DNA of 64,000 nucleotides. Source: Lama glama (taxonomy: Eukaryota). Both the position numbers and the translations under genes were made by a program. Location: the NCBI GenBank assembly GCA_028534125.1, contig CM052817.1, positions 65,288,001 to 65,352,000 on the forward strand, read 5' to 3'. The notes below the pieces were generated by a model, which made no database searches, was not told the DNA's origin, and saw only the letters and a list, made by a program, of their open reading frames with translations. Positions 52,200 to 63,338 of this stretch are shown here, in pieces. Each line of letters opens with the position of its first letter. Positions within the stretch are counted from its first letter, which is position 1.

Positions 52200-52595
52200 G
52201 TTTTCTGTGGGCTCCTCATTATTTCCACCTACTTTTCTATCCCTTCAGATGTATCCACTACCCTGAAATTTGTGCTTATAAATCCTTGGGTTTTTTAAAA
52301 ATAGATAAACCACATATATTAGTATCTCTAAACATTTTAGTTTTCCATGTTTTTAATCATTACATAAATATAAAGATAGCCTACTTATTCTTTTGTAACT
52401 TCTTTTTGTATTCAATATTATATCTTAAAGATTAATCCAAGTCCTTTATAATTTAAATTCTACTCATTTTCATTGTTCTTTAGCATTCCATTTATGACTG
52501 TAGCACAATGCATTTAGCCATTCTACAGTTGATGGACACTTGTGTTGTTTCCACACTAAACATCATGCTTTTAAACAGTATAATGCTGACCTATC
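52200..52595 (-). mobile_element. L1ME 3' end (resumes at ~56025-56820 after the Charlie insertion)
   Basis: ccattctacagttgatggacacttgtgttgtttccac; continues after 56020 with gtgtctcattgtgcttttaatctggatttctctggctactaat... Confidence 0.7.
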
Positions 52596-52954
52596 AGTCC
52601 AAGGCAGCAGTCTTAAAACTGGGAAATTATTACAGGGGCAAACAAATGTTTTCACTGAGGTTTGTGCAGCACACAGTTTTAAGGTGACTGATTTCCAAAC
52701 CCTTTGCTTCTATATATATTCTTTCCTAAAATTGATCTCCCTGAAAACTTACCTGAGATGCAGGTCTTACTTGTTCACTTCCCCTGTTACAATCCTCTTC
52801 CCCTACTTCACAAAAGACATGCCCCTCACTATCAGCCCATCTTGATATAATGCTTTATTCAGGGGTGTAATAACCTCTATGGTACCAAACAAAAGGACAG
52901 TTTGAACTGTCACTCTAGGAAGGTATTGAGAAAGCTGACTATTTGAATGTCTGG

Positions 52955-53332
52955 TGTTATGAGCTGAATTGTGTACTCCCAAAATTCGTATGAAATTCAT
53001 ATGTTGAAATCCTAATGCCCTGTGCCTCAGCATATGACTATATTTAGAGATAGGGTTTACAAAGAAATGATTAAGTTAAAGTTAAGGTCATTAGAGTAGG
53101 TCCTAATGTGATATGATTGGTGTCCTAATATGAAGATTTGGACACAAACAGTACAGAGGAAAGATGGAGAAGGGAGAAGGCTGCCATCTACAATCCATGG
53201 AGAGAAGCTTCAGAAGAAACTAACACTGACAACCCCTTGATCTCACACTTCCAGCCTCCAGAACTGTGAGAAATTAATTTCTGATGCTTAAAGCCACCCA
53301 GTCTGTAGTATTGGTTATGGCAGCCTGAGAAA
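52955..53332 (+). mobile_element. MaLR LTR, MLT1B-like
   Basis: tgttatgagctgaattgtgt...aattcatatgttgaaatcctaa...cttccagcctccagaactgtgagaaattaatttctg...gttatggcagcc. Confidence 0.9.
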
Positions 53333-53394
53333 GTCTTTTTGCAAATCAGGGGGTCTTTAGTCCTCTGATTTCAACAATATGAGAATAAAATCTT

Positions 53395-54110
53395 TTTTTT
53401 TAATTGAAGTACAGTCAGTTACAATGTGTTAATTTCTTGTGTACAGCACAATGTCCCAGTCATGCATATACATACATATATTTGTTCTCATATTCTGTTT
53501 CATTAAAGGTTATTACAAGATACTGAATATAGTTCCCTGTGCTATACAGAAGAAACATTTTAAAATCTGTGTTTATATATGGTGGCTAACATTTGCAAAT
53601 CTCAAACTCCCAAATTTATCCCTTCCCATCCCCTTCCCCCGGTAACCATAACATTATTTACTATGTCTGTGAGTCTGTTTCCATTTTGTAGATGAGTTCA
53701 TTAGGGTCCTCTTTTTATCCTTTTTTTTTGGATTCTACATGTGAATGATATCAAATGTTATTTTTCTTTCTCCTTCTGGCTTACTTCACTTAGAATGATG
53801 ATCTCTAGGTCCATCGATGTTGCTGTAAATAGCATTGTTTTAGTCTTTTATATGGCTGAGTGGTATTACATCGTATAAATATACCTCAAATTCTTTATCC
53901 AGTCATCTCTTGACAGACATTTAGGCTGTTTCCATGTCTTGGCTATAGTATATAGTGCTGCTATGAACATTGGGGTACATGTATCTTTTCAAATTAAAGT
54001 GTCCTTCAGATATATGCCCAGGAGTGAGATTGCTGGATCATTTGGTAAGTCTATTTTTAGTTTTCTGAGGAATCTGTATACTGTTTTCCATAATGACTGC
54101 ACCAAACTAC
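53395..54110 (-). mobile_element. L1 3' fragment with degenerate TSD
   Basis: Poly-T, 3'UTR and ORF2 end in reverse; flanks atgagaataaaatctt (53379-53394) / atggaaataaactctt (54111-54126). Confidence 0.9.
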
Positions 54111-54398
54111 ATGGAAATAAACTCTTATTGAACTATCTGCTTATTGATCATTTGAAATATTTTTTGGTGATAGATATTTATGTGACTTTGGCATATATCT
54201 TGAAAGTAGTTCAAATATTGATTACAGTTTGATATTGTAATAGGCAAATTATCTATATTCCCATCTACTTATTGTTACCAACATATTTTCTCAGAGCTTA
54301 CATTTACAGACAAAACAGGAAATGATGCTTAATCCTCCAAATTTAGCAAAAATAATTATCTATAAGTTAATTCACTAATTTAAAAGAATCATTTTACT

Positions 54399-54766
54399 TG
54401 CAGACTAAAACTGCAATGAGATATCACCTCACACCTGTCACAATGGCTATCATCAAAAAGAAAACAAATAACAAATGTTGGCAAGGGTGTGGAGGAAAGG
54501 GAACCCTCGCACACTGTTGGTGGGAATATAAAGTGGAGCAGCCACTGTGGAAAACACAAAGAAGGTTTTTCAAAAAACTAAAACTGGGACTACCATATGA
54601 CCCAGTAATTCCACTCCTCTGTATATATCTGAAAAAAAACAAAAACACTATTTGAAAAGATACACGTATCTTTCCAATGTTCATAGCAGCATTATTTATT
54701 TATAACAGCTGAGATATGGAAGCAACCTAAGTGTCCATCAACAGATGAATGGATAAAGAAGATATG

Positions 54767-54801
<35 letters not shown>

Positions 54802-55265
54802 TATATATATACACACACAATAGAATACTACATGGCCATAAAAAATAAAATATTGCCATTTGCAACAACATGGATGGGCTTGAAGGGTATTATGCTAAGT
54901 GAAATAGAGATAGACAAATACTGTAGGATTCATGTATATGTGGAATCTAAAAAATACAATGAACTAGTGAACATAACAAAAAAGAAACAGACTCACAGAT
55001 ATAGAGAATAAATTAGTGATTCCCAGTGGAGGGAGGGAAGTGGGGAGGGGCAACACAGAGGTAGGGGATTAAAAGGTACAAACTAGCATGTATAAAATAA
55101 GCTACAAGGATATATTGGACAGCACTTGGAATACAGCGAATATTTTATAATAACTATAAATGAAGTATAACCTTTAAAAATTGTGAATCTCTATATTGTA
55201 TGCCTGTAACTTATATAATATTTTACATCAGCTGTACTTCAATAAAAATAGTAAGAAAAAGAAAA
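54399..55265 (+). mobile_element. L1 3' fragment (ORF2 C-terminus + 3'UTR)
   Basis: [24 protein letters not shown]...[17 protein letters not shown] is the L1 ORF2 cysteine-rich C-terminus; AATAAA at 55241. Confidence 0.92.
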
Positions 55266-56820
55266 ATCTAGAAATCCAACAGTAGGGAACAATTTGGCTG
55301 ATTATGGTAACTCAACTAGATGGAATATTGCTTAATCATCAAAATGATCATTGATCATTCATTGTAACAAGAAAAATGTTTATAGTAAAAGACTAAGCAC
55401 GAAAACTAAATAGAAGTTCAGTTTTAAGGTGGAAAAAAGAATCATTTCACTGAGAGAGAATATTATTTTTTGCTTAATAGTATTATATAATTCAGAAACA
55501 TATTTAATGTTTGATTATTGTGTACTATTACTATTTATAAAGTCAATGCAATTAAAAATTAATGTTTAAATCTTTATGATCACAGGAAATTTAAAAAATT
55601 GTAGTTTAAATTTAATCTTATTTTTATTGTAAGAGGAAATATTAATAAAAGACTTTCAAGTCTAAAATATATAAAGGTAAAATTTAGTGTAAAAAGTAGA
55701 CTTTAAGAAGATACAAGAAAAAAGAAAAAGTAACACTAAAAATTCTTATTCTGTTGAAAACCCTTATTTAGTGTTTTCTAAATAGTTGTTGGTGTGTACT
55801 AAATTACTGTACTATTTACATTCCATTGCAAACACTTAACAAGATGATGTAATTGTTTCATTTAAAAAGATCATATTCACAACATACTGGAATGTATATT
55901 ATTTGCAACTTTTTAAACTTAGGGTGGAAATTTTGGATGGCAAGTGAAAAATATGGCTGAGCATGTACTTTTACAAAATTCTTTTAGATGCGCAACAAAC
56001 AAAAAGTTTGAAGAATGCTGGTCTAGGTTTGATAAATAAAAATAGAATTACTAACTCCTAAAATATGTTTATCTTCAGCTTTACAAATAATGTCAGACTA
56101 CAGATACACATATTGGCATGTCGAAATGAGGTGGGGTTTTTTTTGCCCCTGTCTCCTAATCAGCATTTGGAATTTTCAGATTTTTAACCCCCCTCTTTTT
56201 AAACCAATAAGAATGTGTTTATATTGGTGTCTCATTGTGCTTTTAATCTGGATTTCTCTGGCTACTAATTAGACTGAACATCTTTTCATATGTCTATCAC
56301 CATATGGGTTTCCTTTTCTGTAAAGTACCTATTCAAGCTTTTGCCCATGTTTTTTCTTTGAGTAGTTTGTGTTTTTCTAATTGATTTGAAATAATTCTTG
56401 ACATATTCTGGTTACTCTTTTTCAGTTATTTGTATAGAAATTTCTTTTAGTTCATGACTTGTATTTTTATTCTCTTTATAGTGTTATGTGATAGATAAAA
56501 AGTTTCATTGATTTCTTTACATCTTATCTGAGAAATCTTTCTCTAATTCAAAATTATAAAAATTATATTGTCATTTCCCTTTCACATTTAATTCTCTAAT
56601 CACCGTGGAATTAATTTTCATGCTTGATGTGTACGCATCCAATTTTATTTATTTTTTCATGTAGACAAACAATTATTATAACTCCAATTAGTGAAAACAC
56701 TATCATCTATTTACCCATTGGTCTAAAGTGCCAACTTGGCTGTAAATCAACTTTCCATATACGTCTGTATAGGTCTGCATCTGGGCCCTCTATTGTTTCA
56801 TAGACTGACTTGTCTCTCTC

Positions 56821-57207
56821 TGTGGGGCAGAAACTGTTTTCAGTTCATCAAGCCCAATTCCTTCTGCGCACATCATGCTACCACATTTCCCAGCCCCTCT
56901 TTCCATTGAGTGGGGCCATGTGACTGAGTTCTACAGAGGATATAGGCAGAATTATGTACATCACTTACATGCCTGGCCCCCAAGTTTCCCATGAGATCCT
57001 GTACAGTCTCTCTCTTCTCTTGTCTGTGGCAGATGCAGACCCAATGGAGTGTTGTGAATCTATAATCAATGGCAGAGTCTAGGCAGAAGTCTGAGGTTCT
57101 GAACATCTGCATGAACCTTCTCCCAGCTCATCACCATGTATCTCCCCCTCCTCATCTGCCACCAACATGCCTTGGACTTTTGTTTTTATTATCACTTGTT
57201 TAAACCA
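56821..57207 (+). mobile_element. MaLR LTR, MLT1J-like
   Basis: tgtggggcagaaactg...acatttcccagcccctc...ggggccatgtgactgagttct...gcagaattatgtacatcactt. Confidence 0.75.
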
Positions 57208-57779
57208 ATATGGATAATTTAATCCTGAGTGTCTTAGGCTCAATATTTTTATGCCTGTCCATTCTTCCACTATGCAAATGGGAAAACTGTCAATAGTGCA
57301 ACATGATGCTAACTCCATGAGAATATAGATCATGTCATTGCAAAGTAGAATCAGGATATTGAGTCCATTACTATAAAATTATACTATCTTTCTATTAATA
57401 AGAGAAAATTAGTCATTAGTTCTTTCAGGAGGCCATACACATTCTAGCCTAGTTTATTCCCCATTGAAATAGGGAACAAATCACATCTTTTTTTTTTTTT
57501 GATGGTACATGAGAAAGTAGTCAGATCAATTGCAAAAGACAGGTGTGAAGGTGCCAGGATGGAAATACATGTCTTAAATATTGGAAGATTTTTTTATTCT
57601 AAGCACAGCTCTGCTTCACTGAATGGTGAATACTGTCAACAGTTTCCTCATCGTTTCTTCCTGAAAAGAAACCACATGAAGAATTCTTTGTTCGAAGTTA
57701 GGGGCAGATGTTTCTGACGTGGTTTCTACAGACTTTGGTGATGAGGGTGAGGGCTCCATGTTGCCTCACACATTGATTG

Positions 57780-58005
57780 GCAGCATGGTGAGCACAGTCC
57801 CTGGGGTCTGCATGATTTCATACTTCGGCTCTCCCACATGACTTGGTGACTTTGGGCAAGTTACTTAACCTCTCTGTGTCTGGTCACTTATCCGTAAGAT
57901 GGAGATGGTAGTGGTCTCATTTCATGAGGCTGTTATGAAGAGTAAATGAGATGGTTTATATATAAAGCATCTAGATCATGCCTAAACTTAGCAAGTCTTA
58001 TTAAA
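57780..58005 (+). mobile_element. MIR SINE
   Basis: gtgactttgggcaagttacttaacctctctgtgtct...gctgttatgaagagtaaatgag. Confidence 0.8.
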
Positions 58006-58504
58006 GGTGGGTTATGCTGTGGGAGAAGTCTGAGCTAGTGACATAAATTTGAAGAGACAGAAAAGATAGCTGGACAAGATTAAAAATTCAAATTGATGAA
58101 TAATAGTGGAATTAGAAAGATCTATTGTTCTAATAGAATATTCTCGTAAAAATAAAAATGTATACAGATCTTACAATTTGACGTCTTTGCATTTGGTCAT
58201 TAGGAAAAATACAGAAAAAGCCTTTACATAAAGAGTTTTTTTTTTTAAGGCAGTTGCCAAAGGAGCTCAAATTCTTAATGTCTTCCTATTGAAAGTATTA
58301 CTGTATTTGAACAATTATGAAGAAAATGACTCATTGTTGACACACAGGCACATGCAATAGATACAATTGGAATATTATAATGAAGGGTACAAAGCTTTTG
58401 TGAAAAAGGGGATAAGTAATTGTTCTGTCAATTTTGTTCAAATATTGTCAAATATATTTTAGGGTGATCATTGCATAAATTCAGAAAAGACAAAGGACAA
58501 GAGA

Positions 58505-60284
58505 ATTAAAAATATATGATGTTTTATTGTCAAAAATAGACAAACTTTAATTTCCTTTAACAGGAATATTAATTTAAGAGTCTCTATAAGCCATCACTAT
58601 TTTGTGAGCATACAAGACAAGAGAGTCAGACAACTGTTAGTGGAAAAACGACAACAGTTCTACATCCATGCCAGAGATGCCTTACCCACAGAATCAATGA
58701 CCTTGAGAGCCCCAGACAATAACAGACATGCAAAACAAGCTTGACTTATCCTGGCCCAGTCCTATAAGAACAGCTTTGTGGTATCTTTCCAAGCATTTGA
58801 AAAGTTCAGTTTGTGAGGACACTTGCTGATTTGAATAGTGAAATTTTAAGTCATTCATGGGATCAGGAACAGGATCACACCTGCTTTTGAATTACACCAG
58901 GATGAAGCTATGGTCACTGCAACCCTGGCCTCAGGCATATAAAGTGGTGATAATAGCTTGGGCAGGAGACCTGTATAATCTCCTTATCCATGACCCACAG
59001 CAAGGATGTGAAGGCCTTGCTGGATTGAACACTGTGATGTGGAGGCTACATTCTCTCAGTAACATAAAGAAAAAAAGATAATGACCTAGCTAGTTGGAAC
59101 AAGAGAAAACACAAGGCCTTTATTATTCCCTAGGGAGAGTTATCAAAGGATGAAGAAGGCTGTATATGTGCACTGGTTATCTAGATTATGATTTTCATTC
59201 CCTAGTCTGTACTATAAACCAGATAGCCAGAGCCAAAGGAGACTTTGTGAATAGGCCCATCTTAATAATTAAAAGTGGTAGTGTGCCGCTCTCCCCTTTG
59301 AAGATCTGGGTTGAGGAGCGATCCTTCAGTTTCCAGGAGAGCCAAGGATAAGACAACACTGACATGATGAGATGGTTCATCTGAGAGTAAGCATTATGTA
59401 CTAGCAAAAAGAAGCTGGGTTATCAAGTGAATGAGAAAGCAACTGGAACTCACTTCCCATCCTTGTACACATTCACTCAATGGGAGAGTAATCAACTACA
59501 TGCAAGGAAATCAGCATTTTCCATTTTTCCAGTTTAAAGATAAAAGTCAATACTTGAGAACTAGAAAAATTAAGCTTCTACTGTACCGTAAAATTATTTA
59601 AAACAATACTATGGTTACTGAAATGGCAGCTCAAGCTTTGCCACCTCTTTGAAACAGAAGAGTGGAGAGGAGGCAAAGAAACATAGAAGCACTTAGTTCT
59701 GAGCTCTGTTCTTGCCCTGACAGTCCTCATTTGCTTTCGCGTGGGGTTAAGTTTTATTAAGCTCATCCACTTATCTCTATCCTTTTCTATAAGAGTTCTT
59801 CAAATTTGAGTAGGGGCAGGAAATTGGTGGTATGGGCTTCTGGAAGTTTTGATGGGCTAACCATCATTCAGATTAAGATTCTGTGGTTGAAAGGACCACT
59901 CTGAAAACTTACAGAAGAAAAGCCATATGAAAATCAAACTAGGCAAAGTGGGTTTATACAGTCTATTAGCAAGACTGCTTGGAAAATTTGTAGAGTCAAG
60001 TAAAAAACTAAAGTGGATTGCTTCTTTTCCTTACTTATTCCATTCCATTCCATTTTATAAAAACTGTGATATATGCAGATAATGTTCTCTCTTTCGGGTC
60101 ATTTCTCAAAAGCCCCCAGTAAGCCCTTCAGTTGGGGTGGCTGTGCATATGAAACAGAAGGAAGATGAACTCAGTTTGGGGTCTCTCACTGAGAGCAGGC
60201 AGGGCAAACTACCATGACTTTAACTGAGCAGCTGAGAAGTTTTATTACCCAATCATAAAAAGGACCCTTTTAAGTGCTTCCCTT
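58505..60284 (-). other. DDIT4L: DDIT4L 3'UTR (~1.8 kb; 3' end approximate)
   Basis: Stretch with no repeat I recognise between the stop codon and the distal AATAAA. Confidence 0.65.
58523..58528 (-). terminator. DDIT4L: Probable distal poly(A) signal of DDIT4L (AATAAA)
   Basis: tttatt on +; on the minus strand it is followed ~25-45 nt later by a U/GU-rich element (ttctcttgtcctttgtcttttctg). Confidence 0.7.
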
Positions 60285-60775
60285 TTAGCACTCTTCAATG
60301 ACTGTGGTTCCAATCAAGGAATACAGCTTTTTCTTAACAAGTCGGAATCCTGAGCTCAGGATCACAGTTCGCCTGAGACCAGAGGAGAAGCGACCTCGAC
60401 TAAAGAAAAAATCCCTGAAGCTCGTCCACGAGCAGTTGTCCTGCTTAAACACAAGGGTGAGCTCAAAAGTGGGCACCACGCTAGAATCACACACAATCCT
60501 ATCCAGCTTTTTACATACATTTTCAATTTCCAAGTTCACGTGCATAACGCAACCCCGCAGGCCACAGGGCTCGGTGGAGGAAAGCCTCAGGACGTCTTGA
60601 GCAATCCTCTGGGTCAGTTTCTCAGGAACAAGGACTTTTGAGCAACCGAGTTTGGTGTGCTTTGATTTGGACAGACAGTTCTCCAGCATTTTAACCAAAC
60701 TCTGGCAAGTTGTCTCCTCAAATATCATCTCATTGAGGTTGGGTTCAGGAACAACATAATCCCAGTAGTCAAAAT
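60285..60775 (-). CDS. DDIT4L: DNA damage-inducible transcript 4-like (REDD2/RTP801L), last coding exon
   Basis: Acceptor ttttctacag|AT; encodes (D)FDYWDYVVPEPNLNEMIFEE...RLSSTEPCGLRG...VVPTFELTLVF...SSGFRLVKKKLYSLIGTTVIEEC, TAA at 60285-60287; RTP801 C-terminal domain. 91+491=582 nt, giving 193 aa. Confidence 0.98.
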
Positions 60776-61994
60776 CTGTAGAAAATGGAACTTAAAGATT
60801 AAAAAAAAAAATTCCAGGAGCACAAAAAACATACCATGTGATAGCAACATTAGTTATTTCTAACTATCACATCTGCTTGTTTCTAGTATTTGGGAGTCAT
60901 TTGATCTCACTTTACCATTAACTAGCTGGGTAACAGAGTGAGTCATTTGACCTGAGACTAAAAGTTCACCTATGAAATAAAGGTTTTGATAAATAGGATG
61001 GGTAGGCTATAACCACTTTTTAATAAATTTATGTGTACACATAATCTTAACGACTGTGTATCTCAAATCTGTTTATGGTTATCTTAGAATACTAGTGACT
61101 TTCTTTTCTTTCCTGCTTCCTTACTAGCTTATGGTTTTCTGATTTTGTTTTACAAAGACTGTACATTAGTTCTTGAATAAAAATGTTAATTTTTTTTGAC
61201 TAATGATTATTACCTTTTCACTCTAAGAATATATGCATTTAATATTGTTAAATACAGAATTTTTGCTATTGTTCTTTAGTGATGAACTTGAACTTGATAA
61301 CTATATTAAACAGCAATTAAATGTGTGTTTTTCTTTAAAAGTCTTTACTGAAATGGCCTGTAGATCCCAATTTTAGCTTCAACCTCTTTGATTAAAAACT
61401 GCCCAAAGAGAAGACCTCTGAGGTTCACAAGGATATTTATAACTGGCTGGCTACTTTTTTGTAGCCAAGCAAAACAAAATAGTCCTAGGAAAACAAAATT
61501 AGATTTGCTCAAAGGAAAAGAGATAGCTTTGCATTTGGTCACCTACTTCCAAATTAATCCTACCACTTGGCTGTACGCCACACCACACATAGTCAACTGA
61601 GCAGGGCACAGGCAGATGCCCTGCAGGCTCCCCACCCTAAGCCTACTGCACCTCATTGGCTATTGCGTTTTCCTGTCTCCACATCACGTATACACTTAAA
61701 TCACTGGATTTTTTTTTAATAACTAAATGAAACAAATGCACTCCAAATTATAAGGCTATGTATTTTATCTATGTTGAAGATAAAGAATTTTAGAGCTTTG
61801 GCCTATAAAATTATTCAGATTATCGATCACTTCACCTTCTAAAGGAGGAAGGCCCAAAGATCTTAAGCAGTTTGTTTATGCCCACAGCTCCTTAGTGGCA
61901 GAGCAATGTGTTAGTTTAGAAACTGCTGTTTAAAATTGCAAATGACAATATGTCCAGCATCACTGCTGTTTCAAAGTTTCCTTCTGGCATTAAA

Positions 61995-62335
61995 AATGAA
62001 ATAATAGTTATATCCACAAATAGAATACTACTCAGCAACAAAAAGGAACACATACTGATAGAAGCAAAAGCATGGAATGGATCTCAAAATCCTTAGGCTG
62101 TGAAAAGGAAACGAGATACAAAAGAGTACATATTACATGATCCATTTTTATGAAACTCTTGAGGCAAAAGTAATCTATAATGACAAAAAACAGATCAGTG
62201 TTTCCCTGGGGACAGGGGAAAGGTAAAGTGGGGAATTGATGGCAAATGGGTACATGGGACTTTGGGGGCAGAGGGTGATCGTAGTGGTTACACGGGTCAA
62301 TATAGTTGTTAAAATACACATAATTGTACACTTAA
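61995..62335 (+). mobile_element. Old L1 (L1MC/ME-type) 3'UTR fragment in DDIT4L intron 2
   Basis: atagaatactactcagcaacaaaaaggaac...atggatctcaaaa...caaaagagtacatattacatgatccatttt...aacagatcagtgtttccctgggg. Confidence 0.75.
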
Positions 62336-62630
62336 ATTTCACCATGATTTCACAGCCATGTAGGGTAGAACATGTATAACTTTCAAAACCAAAGAGCCTA
62401 TTAGCCTCAGACTAGACGGATGCAGCCCCTGGAATTTTATTTTTTGCTTCTTTTGTTTCTCACTATCATGGAAAGAAGATGCTAAAAGTTTGGAAAGGAG
62501 TCTCTTTCAGATGGATTTTGTGGCATGTCCAACACTCAAAGAAGGGGTCGACACTGCATGCCTGCCACTCCCATCTATCCAGGAACTGCAGTCTTTGGAG
62601 GGAAGAGAAGGAGGCCGTTGGGAAACTCAC

Positions 62631-62721
62631 CATTTAGTAGGCTCCCGGGGTGGAAGCCACGGTCCAGCAACTCTGAAATGCTGGCCGAGTTCTTACTGCT
62701 CAAACTGCCAGTTGCAACCAT
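62631..62721 (-). CDS. DDIT4L: DDIT4L first coding exon (exon 2 spans 62631-62770)
   Basis: gaccATGG Kozak; MVATGSLSSKNSASISELLDRGFHPGSLLN; donor G|gtgagt; acceptor tttttgcctcctttttctag|CAC at 62770. Confidence 0.97.
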
Positions 62722-63066
62722 GGTCAACGGCTCTGTTTGCCTCGCGGGGCGGAACGGCCTTCCCGGGGTGCTAGAAAAAGGAGGCAAAAAGTACAGATTT
62801 GCAAAAGTAGGCAAGACGTGCAGAGGCTCCTAAAATGCCCTGCGTCCCCGGAGCAAACTACCCGATTCATTTTCCAGAAGGGAGGAACCGGTCTCTGCAA
62901 CTCAGGTTTACAAAAGCCCGGCAGTGGAGACGCCACTACAGCCACATCCTGAAACTAATTCAGAGTTTGCAAAACTTGAAGCCAACTTGCCGGGCTGAGC
63001 TCACCCGTGCACTCGGAGCAGTCCTCCCGCCCCTGCTCCCCCTACCCAGGCCGCCGCCGGCCTCAC

Positions 63067-63240
63067 CTGCTGGGAGTTCGCCGGGGCCGACGTGCTCGCT
63101 GGCGAAGCTGCGGGTAAACCGAGGCAGGCAACCGTCTTCCGCAGCCCCCTCCCTTGGGGGCTCAGTTACCTGCAAACCCAAGCAGCGGTCGGCACCCTGC
63201 TCGCCCCCAGCCCACCCCCACACCGACTCCACCAAGCAGC
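63067..63240 (-). other. DDIT4L: Probable DDIT4L non-coding exon 1
   Basis: Starts ~30 nt downstream of the TATA box; strong donor CAG|GTGAGG after 63067. Boundaries are inferred. Confidence 0.6.
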
Positions 63241-63263
63241 ATCGCCGCTGGGGCAGCCAGCAC

Positions 63264-63269
63264 TTTATA
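63264..63269 (-). promoter_or_regulatory. DDIT4L: TATA box (TATAAAG)
   Basis: cactttatag on + reads CTATAAAGTG on minus; isolated AT element inside the CpG island. Confidence 0.75.
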
Positions 63270-63296
63270 GGCCCAGCCTCCTCACCCTGCCCCGGC

Positions 63297-63338
63297 CCGC
63301 CCACCTGCACCGCCCCTCGTCGGCCCCCCGCCCCGCCC
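63297..63338 (-). promoter_or_regulatory. DDIT4L: Cluster of Sp/KLF GC boxes
   Basis: CCGCCC at 63297, 63310, 63328 and 63333, immediately upstream of the TATA box. Confidence 0.7.

Larger units (their letters stand above)
52605..56020. mobile_element. hAT DNA transposon (Charlie7-like) with both TIRs, hosting later insertions
   Basis: TIRs cagcagtcttaaaact (52605-52620) and agtttgaagaatgctg (56005-56020; reverse complement matches 14/16); flanks gtccaagg / gtctaggt resemble a decayed 8-bp hAT TSD. Confidence 0.7.

Noticed and set aside
60037..60052. (TTCCA)3 in the 3'UTR resembling tandem TEAD motifs
   Set aside because: Short simple repeat with no supporting context.
60298..60600. 100-aa plus-strand ORF
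   Set aside because: Antisense shadow of the DDIT4L coding exon.
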